This document shows positions 29,627-38,222 of a stretch of 64,000 nt of DNA, in pieces. A model generated the notes under the pieces. It saw only the letters and a program-made list of their open reading frames with translations, was not told the DNA's origin and searched no databases. The position numbers and the translations under genes were made by a program. Every line of letters begins with the position of its first letter. Position 1 is the stretch's first letter. Origin of the DNA: Candidatus Humimicrobiia bacterium (GTDB taxonomy: Bacteria; Actinomycetota; Humimicrobiia; JAHJRV01); assembly GCA_049647085.1 (NCBI GenBank), contig JBARXA010000006.1, forward strand, positions 2,670 to 66,669, read 5' to 3'.

Positions 29627-30214
29627 ATGAAGTACTTAAAACTTAGAAGACTAAAGAAAAACCTATATTTTACAGTTGAAGATGTAGCAAGTGTTTTAAA
29701 CATAAAACAATCTTCAGCACGTGTAATGTGCAGCCGCTATGCAAAAAACGGTTTTTTTATAAGATTAAAGAATAATTTTTATGTACTGTCTGAAAATTGG
29801 GATAAATTTTCCCGAGAAGATTTTTTAAGAATTTCAAATTATATTCAGGTTCCTTCTTATATCTCTTACATGACAGCTCTTATGAAATATGGTGTTACAA
29901 CGCAGGTGCAGCAGAATTTCTTTGAGTCTTGTTCTTTAAAGAGAACAAAGGTATTCGATGTCGGAGGAATAGAGTTTAGATATTATAAGATTAAGAAAGA
30001 TTATTATTTTGGATTTGAAAGAAAAAACAATATATTTTTAGCCACAAAAGAAAAAGCATTTATTGATACTACATATCTTTATTCTTTTGGAAAATACAGA
30101 ATTGATTTCAGTTCTCTCGATCTTAATAAATTAGATAAAGAAAAAATTATAGAAATCATTAATATATTTCCAGCAAAGACGAAAAAATTGGTGGGGAAAT
30201 TATGCGAGATCTAA
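29627..30214 (+). CDS. abiEi: AbiEi-family antitoxin / transcriptional regulator
   Basis: N-terminal wHTH (FTVEDVASVLNIKQSSARVMCSRYAKNGFFIRL). The gene overlaps the downstream AbiEii start. Confidence 0.65.
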   Translation: MKYLKLRRLKKNLYFTVEDVASVLNIKQSSARVMCSRYAKNGFFIRLKNNFYVLSENWDKFSREDFLRISNYIQVPSYISYMTALMKYGVTTQVQQNFFESCSLKRTKVFDVGGIEFRYYKIKKDYYFGFERKNNIFLATKEKAFIDTTYLYSFGKYRIDFSSLDLNKLDKEKIIEIINIFPAKTKKLVGKLCEI

Positions 30215-30873
30215 TTGAACAAGAAAAGTTTGAATTGGGCGTTTTAGACAGGTTAAATAGCAAGAGAATTCTTGAAAAACTTATATTTGTAGACGGAACC
30301 ATGTTACGGTTATGTCATGGACTTAACAGATTTTCAATTGATATAGATTTTTGGCTAACAAAAAAAGTTAATAAAAATAAATTATTTATAGAAATAAATA
30401 AATATTTTTCTCAGTTCTATAAGATAAGTGACAGTGCCAATAAATTGAATACACTACTTTTTGAATTTAAGTCTTCTAAATACCCAATGAACTTAAAATT
30501 AGAGATAAGAAAGGAGATCAAAAATATTGAAACTGAGCAGGTTATTGCTTATAGCAAATACTCTAATATACAGGTACTTCTAAGAGTTCCAACCCTTGAT
30601 GCAATGATGAGTGAAAAAATTGACGCTTTTCTTGAAAGAAAGGAGATAAGAGATATATTTGATATTGAGTTTTTATATAAAAAGGGAATTGAGCTCAAAG
30701 AATCTCCAGAAAAATTAATAAAAATACTTGATGGAATAAAATTATTTAAGAAAAATGATTATAAAGTAAAACTTGGGTCTTTGCTTGAGAAAGAGCAAAG
30801 GAAGTATTATATTAACGAGAATTTCAAAATCCTTAAAGCAGCTATAAAAGAGAAAAAGTTAGTGATATCTTAG
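30202..30873 (+). CDS. abiEii: AbiEii/AbiGii-family nucleotidyltransferase toxin (DUF1814)
   Basis: GTMLRLCHGLNRFSIDIDF NTase motif. Confidence 0.75.
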   Translation: MRDLIEQEKFELGVLDRLNSKRILEKLIFVDGTMLRLCHGLNRFSIDIDFWLTKKVNKNKLFIEINKYFSQFYKISDSANKLNTLLFEFKSSKYPMNLKLEIRKEIKNIETEQVIAYSKYSNIQVLLRVPTLDAMMSEKIDAFLERKEIRDIFDIEFLYKKGIELKESPEKLIKILDGIKLFKKNDYKVKLGSLLEKEQRKYYINENFKILKAAIKEKKLVIS

Positions 30874-31276
30874 AAAATTATGGAATTAGAGTTCAATATA
30901 GTCTGTTTGAATGTAAATTAAAACTTGATGACCTATTAAAATTAAAATTCTATTTAAAGAATTTAATAAATAAAGAAGAAGACAGAATCCATTTTTACAG
31001 ATTATGTCCAGGATGTTATGGTAAAATTGAGAAGATTGGAACTGACAAACCAATTATAGATAAAGAAACAATAGTGATATAAATAATTCGAGCATTAATG
31101 GTGTGCAAAATTACTGAGAGATGATAGCAAAATTTAAAAAACCTGCAAAAATATATTTTGATATTCTAAAAATGAAAAATTTTAAATCATAAAATATTAA
31201 ATTTAATATAATATTAGAAGACACTCGATTTTTAGGTATAAATGACCTGATAATTAATACAAAAAAGTATGCAGAA

Positions 31277-31314
31277 GTAGAAATAATTGACCTGAAGAAA
31301 AAGGGATTAAAAAG
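31277..31314 (+). repeat. family-2 unit (GTAGAAATAATTGACCTGAAGAAAAAGGGATTAAAAAG)
   Basis: Immediately precedes the GC-rich pfkA leader. Confidence 0.65.
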
Positions 31315-31572
31315 CGACTATCAGTAACCCTGCAATGCCAGAATCTGGGCGGTTTAGAGGGATGATATTCTCATCCTTCAAAGTTTCCTACAAAAACCTT
31401 CCAAATTGTTATCTCGCTCCCGTGATGTCAATGCGCATTTATCTCACTTAGCTCATTTACGGACCATCGGATATTATAATAGCTTTCACTGAAAAGGGGA
31501 ATTCATTCCTTTGTCGTTTTGGTATATAATTCTGGTAATAGGTAATGAACAATAATTAATGAGGACAGTTTT

Positions 31573-32538
31573 ATGAAGCGTATTGGGGTGTTGACCAGTG
31601 GCGGAGATAGCCCTGGGATGAACGCTTGTATAAGGGTGGTAGTGAGGACAGGTATTAGTCTTGAACTGAAGGTCATAGGCATTAAACGTGGCTATACTGG
31701 ACTAATAGATGGGGAGATAGAGCAAATGGGTGCACGCTCCGTGGGCGGCATAATCCAAAGAGCGGGCACCATCTTACAAACAGCGAGATGTGAGGAATTT
31801 AAAACAATACATGGGAGATGCAAGGCGCTGCGAAAGCTAAACGAGTACGGCATCGAGGGATTGGTGGTAATTGGTGGTTGTGGCTCCCTGAAGGGTGCTT
31901 TGGAGCTTCACAAGATGGGCTTTCCTGTAGTTGGCGTGCCAGCCAGCATTGACAACGACATCTGTGGAACCGACATGTCCATCGGCACTGACACAGCCCT
32001 CAACACTGCGCTTGATGCTATTGACAAAATAAAAGAGACCGGCTCCTCGCACGGACGGGCTTTCCTAGTAGAAGTGATGGGGCGGAATTGTGGATATCTT
32101 GCTTTGATGGCTGCGATAGCCGGTGGGGCCGAGGTCGTCCTTATCCCAGAGAAAGAGATTGCTCTGGAGGAGGTTGCTGAGATCTTAGAACAAGCTTACA
32201 TCAAGGGTAAAGCCCACGCTCTCGTCGTCATAGCAGAGGGAGCTAAGTGTAAAACCTCGGAGGTAGTTGCTTACCTTCAGAAAGAGGAGATAGGCTTTGA
32301 GGTGCGCACCACCATACTTGGTCATGTCCAAAGGGGAGGGTCACCGAGTGCATTCGACAGGCTCCTAGCAACACGCTTAGGCGCATCAGCTGTACAGAAG
32401 CTTGCTAAGGGGGTCAGAGGTATGATGGTTGGGTTGATAGGTAACAAAATAAAGACCACAAGCTTGGAGCAGGTAACTGAGCGACGCAAGGAGTTGGACA
32501 TAACCTTATATGATATGGCTGAGGTACTGGCAAAGTAA
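31573..32538 (+). CDS. pfkA: ATP-dependent 6-phosphofructokinase
   Basis: GGDSPGMNA, GGCGSLKGA and MGR motifs. First 100 nt is 50% GC versus about 30% background. Confidence 0.9.
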   Translation: MKRIGVLTSGGDSPGMNACIRVVVRTGISLELKVIGIKRGYTGLIDGEIEQMGARSVGGIIQRAGTILQTARCEEFKTIHGRCKALRKLNEYGIEGLVVIGGCGSLKGALELHKMGFPVVGVPASIDNDICGTDMSIGTDTALNTALDAIDKIKETGSSHGRAFLVEVMGRNCGYLALMAAIAGGAEVVLIPEKEIALEEVAEILEQAYIKGKAHALVVIAEGAKCKTSEVVAYLQKEEIGFEVRTTILGHVQRGGSPSAFDRLLATRLGASAVQKLAKGVRGMMVGLIGNKIKTTSLEQVTERRKELDITLYDMAEVLAK

Positions 32539-32598
32539 AGGAGAGTATCAAGATTACATCCATACCCATGTCATCCTTTTCATGGTCTATCCTCCTTT

Positions 32599-32816
32599 CA
32601 TAGAAATAATTGACCTGAATAAAAAGGGATTTAGAATCACCCTCCCCCTACCCCCTCCCATCAAGGGAGGGGAAGTAGAAATAATTAACCTTAGTAAAAG
32701 ATTCCTCTCCACTTCATCTCTGATTTTTGAGGATGATATTTTTATAAAGATAAGATGCCTATTTATCTTGAAATCTTTACAATAAAAATATAATATTAAA
32801 AAATCAGAAAAAGATT
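32599..32816 (+). repeat. composite: family-2 unit (32599-32636) + perfect G-rich hairpin CCCCTCCC-ATCAA-GGGAGGGG (32641-32675) + degenerate family-2 unit (32675-32705) + ATTAAAAAATCAGAAAAAGATT tail (32795-32816)
   Basis: Two family-2 units separated by about 40 bp, mimicking a repeat-spacer-repeat arrangement. Confidence 0.65.
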
Positions 32817-32859
32817 AAATTACCAAATTAATGAAAAAGTTTATTAAAAGTGGTTTTAA

Positions 32860-33000
32860 ATGAAATGTAAAAATCACCCTGGTAGGAAGGCTATTCATAT
32901 CTGTCAGAAATTTAATTATGGATATTGTGATGATTGCTGTCAGTGTACAATGCCTGATGAATTTTGTCGTTTTCGAGCAAATCATCTCTGTTCAATTTAG
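32860..33000 (+). CDS. small Cys-rich ORF (46 aa, 8 Cys)
   Basis: MKCKNHPGRKAIHICQKFNYGYCDDCCQCTMPDEFCRFRANHLCSI. Weak RBS. Below the ORF-track cutoff. Confidence 0.3.
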   Translation: MKCKNHPGRKAIHICQKFNYGYCDDCCQCTMPDEFCRFRANHLCSI

Positions 33001-33236
33001 GAAATATGTCTACCGGAAAGAAGATATAAAAAAAAGAAAGAAAAGGCAAAAAATAGAATCTTATAATATATAATTAATGTAAAATCTTTAAAGGTGTATT
33101 AAAAATGATGTTATTTAATAATAAATGTATAGCATTTTTATAGAAGGGGGTGATTTACAAAAAATAAAAAAAAGTTTAAATTTAAAAGGATGTTTAAAAG
33201 GATGTTTTTGATTGAAGAAAGAAGGTGAGATTAAGA

Positions 33237-34385
33237 ATGATAGAAAAGGTAGCTATAGTTGGCGTAGGTTGTACAAACTTCAGGTCAACCACACCAGATC
33301 TATCTTATCGAGAGTTGACTTATGAAGCAGCCACAAAAGCTTATAAGGAAGCAGGAGTTGAGCCAAAAGATATAGATAGTTTTGTGAGTACAGCAGAAGA
33401 TTTCTTTGAGGGATATTCTATTGCTGATGAATACTGTCCAGATCAATTGGGAGCAGTCTTAAAACCAGTTAATACTATAGCCGGAGATTTTTTACAATCA
33501 CTAATTACTGCCTATATGCAAATACTCACTGGAAGACTTAATATTGTTGCTGTTCAAGCAATGAGTAAAGCTTCTAACATGACCACATTAAAAGAATTAG
33601 AATTATTTGCCTTTGATCCAGTTTTTAATCGCCCATTAGCAGAAAATCCACATTTTGTTGCAGGTCTTGAGATGAACAGATATCTTTATGACACAAAAAT
33701 TACAAGGGAGCAATGTGCAAAGGTTGTAGTTAAAAACAAATTAAATGCTCTAAATAATCCCTATGCAGGACATGGAGCTAAAATAACTGTTGAAGATGTT
33801 TTAAATTCTGAGATGATATCATATCCATTAACCCGTTTAGATATTAGTCCTTCTTCTGATGGAGCAGTAGTAATGGTCTTAGCTTCAGAAGAGACCGCTA
33901 AAAAATTGTCTGATAAGCCAATATGGATTAGAGGAGTTGGTTGGTGCTCAGATACATTCAGTTTAGAAAGTAGAGATTGGGCACAACCAATATCTACAAA
34001 AATAGCTGCTGAGATGGCTTATAAAATGGCTAAGATAAATGATCCAAAGAGAGAAATTGATTTAGTTGAATTAAGCGATCTATTTTCCTATAAGGAGCTT
34101 CAGCACTTGGAAGCTTTAAAGTTCTGCAGTAAAGGTGAAGCAGGTAAAATGGTAGATGATGGGGTAACAGAGATTGGAGGAGAACTTCCAGTGAATCCTT
34201 CAGGGGGAAGTTTAGGAGTTGGTAACCTGTATGAATGCTCAGGTGCTCAAAAAGCATTAGAAATTATTCTTCAGTTAAGAGGAGAAGCAGGAAAAAGGCA
34301 AATAAAAAATGCAAATATTGGCTTGGCACATGCTTGGAGGGGTGTTCCTACCACAACCAGTGTCATTGCCATTTTAAGTAATTAA
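33237..34385 (+). CDS. thiolase-fold protein lacking thiolase catalytic Cys/His (Ltp2/SCP-x-like)
   Basis: N-terminal VAIVGVG...; NPSGG present. The nucleophile position reads AGDF (no Cys) and GHP is replaced by GVGN. No C-terminal CxG. Confidence 0.65.
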   Translation: MIEKVAIVGVGCTNFRSTTPDLSYRELTYEAATKAYKEAGVEPKDIDSFVSTAEDFFEGYSIADEYCPDQLGAVLKPVNTIAGDFLQSLITAYMQILTGRLNIVAVQAMSKASNMTTLKELELFAFDPVFNRPLAENPHFVAGLEMNRYLYDTKITREQCAKVVVKNKLNALNNPYAGHGAKITVEDVLNSEMISYPLTRLDISPSSDGAVVMVLASEETAKKLSDKPIWIRGVGWCSDTFSLESRDWAQPISTKIAAEMAYKMAKINDPKREIDLVELSDLFSYKELQHLEALKFCSKGEAGKMVDDGVTEIGGELPVNPSGGSLGVGNLYECSGAQKALEIILQLRGEAGKRQIKNANIGLAHAWRGVPTTTSVIAILSN

Positions 34386-34483
34386 GGGGAGGAATTGGAT
34401 AATTTTAATGAATTTTATCTTAGATCCTCAAAATAATTGCATATATATTTTAAGTAATTGATGGGAGGTGTAAAAAAGTGGGA

Positions 34484-35641
34484 ATGAGAAGAGTAGCGAT
34501 AGTGGGAGCAGGGATGACAAAGTTTGTCAGAAGAGCTCAAGAAACTGGAAAGGAATTAGCTTACGAAGCTGCTAAAATGGCTTTAGATTCTTGTGAATTA
34601 ACATTAGAAGATGTAGGTTGTGTTTCTTTAGGAACTGCTCCTGATGCATTTGATGGTGTTCATATGAAGGGAGAGTATTTAAGTGATGGTGCTGGTGGAT
34701 GGAGGAAACCAGTTATGAGACCATATGTTGGTGGTGGTACGGGAGTATTCAATGCAATCCATGGATGGTTTCATGTAGCTTCTGGATTATTTGATATTTG
34801 TTTGGTTGTCGCCGAAGAGAAGATGTCAAGTTGTTATCCTCATCCAGCGGGAGCTTTCTTGACCATATTTGACCATACAACAGAACAACCACTAAAACCA
34901 AATCTAATCTGGATATTTGCTCTTGAGATGAGAAGATATATGGAAACTTATGGAATTAGTCATAGAGACATTGCCTTGGTTTCAGTGAAGAATAAAAAGA
35001 ATGCAATGGACCATCCTTGCGCACAGATACCACAAGAGATAACTGTAGATGATGTTCTAAACTCAGAAGTATTGGCTGATCCAGTACATAGGTTAGATAT
35101 TAGCCCAACAAGTGATGGAGCAGCAGCTTTAGTACTTGTAGCAGAACATATAGCTAAAAAAATAACAGATAAACCTGTCTGGATAGACGGTGTTGGTTGG
35201 AATGTTGATACAGCTTATTGGGCTACAAGAGACCTTTGTTATCCAAGATATGTTGAGAAGGCTGCAAGAATGGCTTACGATATGGCTGGAATTAAGGAGC
35301 CCCATAAAGAAATTCAAGTAGCTGAACCATATGACCCATTTGATTACAAAGAACTTCACCATATGGAAGGTCTTCTCTTATGCGGTAAAGGAGAAGCCCC
35401 CAGACTTACTGCTGAAGGAGTTACAGCAAGAGATGGTAATATGCCTATATGTCCATCAGGTGGACTATTGGGTGTTGGTAATCCGATAGCTGCATCTGGA
35501 GTAATGAAAATTTGTGAGATCTTCTGGCAACTAAGAGGAGAAGCAGGAAAAAGACAGGTTCCAGGAAAGCCAAAAGTAGGCCTCGCTCAGGCCTGGGGAG
35601 ACCTAATGCAAGTCGGAACCGTCATAGTAATGAAGGTATAA
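34484..35641 (+). CDS. thiolase-fold protein (paralog), also lacking the catalytic Cys/His
   Basis: VAIVGAGMTKF...; CPSGG; GVGNPIAASG instead of GHPxGATG. Confidence 0.65.
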   Translation: MRRVAIVGAGMTKFVRRAQETGKELAYEAAKMALDSCELTLEDVGCVSLGTAPDAFDGVHMKGEYLSDGAGGWRKPVMRPYVGGGTGVFNAIHGWFHVASGLFDICLVVAEEKMSSCYPHPAGAFLTIFDHTTEQPLKPNLIWIFALEMRRYMETYGISHRDIALVSVKNKKNAMDHPCAQIPQEITVDDVLNSEVLADPVHRLDISPTSDGAAALVLVAEHIAKKITDKPVWIDGVGWNVDTAYWATRDLCYPRYVEKAARMAYDMAGIKEPHKEIQVAEPYDPFDYKELHHMEGLLLCGKGEAPRLTAEGVTARDGNMPICPSGGLLGVGNPIAASGVMKICEIFWQLRGEAGKRQVPGKPKVGLAQAWGDLMQVGTVIVMKV

Positions 35642-35653
35642 GGGGGTATTTAA

Positions 35654-36169
35654 ATGAATAATAAAAAATATGATTTTAAAGGAACACCACTTAGGGGGAG
35701 CGATATAAAGGAGAAGAAAGTTTTAACTACTTCGTGGAAGCCAAATCTTCAATATGCCTGGGATGATGGAGTAGCAATTGGCAGATATTTAAAAGAGTTA
35801 AAAAATGGGAAGATAATTGCTAGAAAATGTAATAAGTGTGAACGAATAATGATTCCTCCAAGGATGTTCTGTGAGTTATGTTTTAGAGCAACGGATGAGT
35901 GGGTATATGTAGAAGATACAGGGAGTATAAACACATTTTCGATAAGTTATGTTCATTGGGATGCAAGAAGGATTAAGGAAGGAGAGAAACCATTTATTCC
36001 AGCAGTAATAGAAATTGATGGAGCTTCTGAAGGAATGGGAATACTCCATGTATTAGGAGAGGTTGATCCAGAAGATGTTAAAAGTGGAATGAGAGTTAAA
36101 GCTGTATGGAAACCTTCAGAAGAACGAACAGGTGCAATAACTGATATTAAATATTTCAAACCTATATAG
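35654..36169 (+). CDS. DUF35 OB-fold / rubredoxin-like Zn-ribbon protein
   Basis: CNKCERIMIPPRMFCELC zinc ribbon followed by an OB-fold region. Confidence 0.8.
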   Translation: MNNKKYDFKGTPLRGSDIKEKKVLTTSWKPNLQYAWDDGVAIGRYLKELKNGKIIARKCNKCERIMIPPRMFCELCFRATDEWVYVEDTGSINTFSISYVHWDARRIKEGEKPFIPAVIEIDGASEGMGILHVLGEVDPEDVKSGMRVKAVWKPSEERTGAITDIKYFKPI

Positions 36170-36183
36170 GAGGTAGAGTTAAT

Positions 36184-36657
36184 ATGGGAATAACTGAGAA
36201 AATTAATAGAAATATTGATATGACTTCTTGGAAAGGAAAAATACCTGTTGATTATATATATACTGCTGGTATTGCTGGAGAGAAATTTTTTAGAGAGATT
36301 AAAGATAATGGAAAAATTGTGGGTACAAAATGTGATAAATGTAATGTTATTTATGTTCCTCCAAAGATATATTGTGAGAGATGTTTTGCCAGGTTAGAAA
36401 ATTACATAGATGTAGGCACTAAAGGAACTGTTCACACTTTTACAATACTTCATAAGAATTTAGATGGTACAAAAAAAGAAGAACCAACAATTATTGCTAT
36501 GGTAAAAATTGATGGGACAGATGGAGGTCTTATTCACTGGTTAGGTGAAATACATCCAAAAGAAGTAAAGATTGGAATGACTGTTGAAGCTATCTTTAAA
36601 GCAAAAGAAGAACGCGAAGGCTCAATACTAGATATAAAATATTTCAAACCAATATAA
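36184..36657 (+). CDS. DUF35 OB-fold / Zn-ribbon protein (paralog)
   Basis: CDKCNVIYVPPKIYCERC. Confidence 0.8.
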   Translation: MGITEKINRNIDMTSWKGKIPVDYIYTAGIAGEKFFREIKDNGKIVGTKCDKCNVIYVPPKIYCERCFARLENYIDVGTKGTVHTFTILHKNLDGTKKEEPTIIAMVKIDGTDGGLIHWLGEIHPKEVKIGMTVEAIFKAKEEREGSILDIKYFKPI

Positions 36658-36676
36658 ATTAATGGCTAATTAGAAT

Positions 36677-37504
36677 ATGATACAAAAGATTTTTCTTGAA
36701 ACATTAAAGATAGTAGGAATAGTTACTGTTTTGATGATAGTTATAGAATGGTTTCAAATAAGATATGAAGAAAAAATAAAGAAAATTCTTACTAAAAATC
36801 CACATAATCAAATAATTGGTTCTTCATTACTTGGTGCAATACCAGGTTGTATAGATGCATTTTTAGTTGTTTCACTTTATTCTCATGGACTTGTAGGTTT
36901 TGGAGCTTTAGTGGCAGTTATGCTTTCTACAGCTGGTGATGAGGCTTTTTTTATGTTGGCAATGGCACCAAAGACTGCACTCCAGATTTTTGCTGTTTGT
37001 GCCACACTTGGAATTATCGGTGGTTTTATAACTGAGAAGATTGCCAGTAAAATAAATCTAAAAAGAGCAGAACCCTGTTATATAGATATACATAAAGAGG
37101 AATTTGATATAAAGCATTTTCTTGAAGAACATGTATATAATCATATTTTAAAAAAGCATATCCCCCAACTATTTTTATGGATTTTCTTTACATTACTAAT
37201 TATTCAATTTTTGATGCAGCGTTTTGATTTAGAAAGTATATTACCTCAAAATAAATTATTGTTAATTCTATTAGCAGCATTAATTGGAATAATTCCGGAA
37301 TCTGGCCCACATCTGGTATTCCTTACGCTATATTCAAGGGGTTTAATTCCATTTTCAGTTCTTCTTGTTTCAACTTTAAGCCAAGATGGACATGGGTTAC
37401 TACCACTTTTATCTTACTCTGTAAAAGATACGATTAAGGTTCAAATATTTACCACACTATTCTCTTTATTAATAGGATTGGTGTTGTATTTAATCGGAGT
37501 TTAA
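36677..37504 (+). CDS. membrane protein with an internal two-fold repeat
   Basis: LGAIPGCIDAFLVVSLYSHGL...STAGDEAFF versus IGIIPESGPHLVFLTLYSRGL...SQDGHGLL. Confidence 0.4.
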   Translation: MIQKIFLETLKIVGIVTVLMIVIEWFQIRYEEKIKKILTKNPHNQIIGSSLLGAIPGCIDAFLVVSLYSHGLVGFGALVAVMLSTAGDEAFFMLAMAPKTALQIFAVCATLGIIGGFITEKIASKINLKRAEPCYIDIHKEEFDIKHFLEEHVYNHILKKHIPQLFLWIFFTLLIIQFLMQRFDLESILPQNKLLLILLAALIGIIPESGPHLVFLTLYSRGLIPFSVLLVSTLSQDGHGLLPLLSYSVKDTIKVQIFTTLFSLLIGLVLYLIGV

Positions 37505-37510
37505 TATAGT

Positions 37511-37535
37511 ACCAGGTCTTGACATAAGACATATG
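37511..37535 (+). repeat. hairpin unit ACCAGGTCTTGACATAAGACATATG (same family as 12850-12904)
   Basis: GTCTT-GACAT-AAGAC palindrome between convergent genes. Confidence 0.55.
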
Positions 37536-37540
37536 CATTT

Positions 37541-38008
37541 TTATTCATTTTCTATATTTAACTCCTCAAGTAATCCTAATTCTTCTAAAATATCTAATGC
37601 TTCCTTGTATTTAGGATATATATCTATTGCTTTTTTTAATTCATCGATTGCTTTATCCATCTTCTTTTCATAAAAAAGTTTAGTAGCATTATTAAAATGT
37701 TCAATTGCTTGCATTATAAAATCATTAGCTTTCTCGATCATTTCTTTAGATACTTTATTATCTGGATCCATTTTTAATACTTCTTTAAGAAGTTTCTTTG
37801 CTTCTCCAAAGTCACCTTCTTCATATAGTTTAATTGCTTCATCCAGAATCTCTTTCCACTGAGGAGTCTCCTCCTCGGTCTTTTCCTCAGTCTCTGTTGC
37901 TTCTTTTAAGATGTTAGATTGTTCTTTTTTAGAACAACTTATAGAGAATAAAAATGAAACTAAAAATAAAATTAAAATACAAACATCTAATATCTTTCTG
38001 AATTTCAA
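37541..38008 (-). CDS. TPR-like lipoprotein
   Basis: Signal peptide with SISCS lipobox, then a helical repeat region. Confidence 0.5.
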   Translation of the reverse strand: MKFRKILDVCILILFLVSFLFSISCSKKEQSNILKEATETEEKTEEETPQWKEILDEAIKLYEEGDFGEAKKLLKEVLKMDPDNKVSKEMIEKANDFIMQAIEHFNNATKLFYEKKMDKAIDELKKAIDIYPKYKEALDILEELGLLEELNIENE

Positions 38009-38222
38009 TTTATGCTACCTCCAAAAATTATTTAAGTATAAAGATGCTACCCAAATAAATAAATTAAAAACTATCGTAAATTGTCGTTATATAGTACCCC
38101 TTTTGAGCATTTAGTTACATAAAGTTTTAGTAACTGTAAATAGTATAAGGAAATATAACTATGTTTACAACAATTAAATTTATAAAATAAAAAATTTTTA
38201 AACAAGTTCAATATTTAAATGT

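Noticed and set aside
32510-32785. 91-aa plus-strand ORF
   Set aside because: Translation of the composite repeat (…IEIIDLNKKGFRITLPLPPPIKGG…).
22247-32816. Possible CRISPR array from the CRISPR-repeat-like 35-37 nt units
   Set aside because: Units are separated by 1.5-5.5 kb of protein-coding DNA, not by 30-40 bp spacers. The only repeat-spacer-repeat-like spot (32599-32705) has a degenerate second repeat and a palindromic 'spacer'. No cas genes are in the window. Reported instead as a dispersed repeat family.
22025-33000. Integron
   Set aside because: Cassette-like organisation is present, but no intI tyrosine recombinase gene is in the window. The repeats do not show the attC R''-L''/L'-R' architecture, and cassette genes are on both strands.
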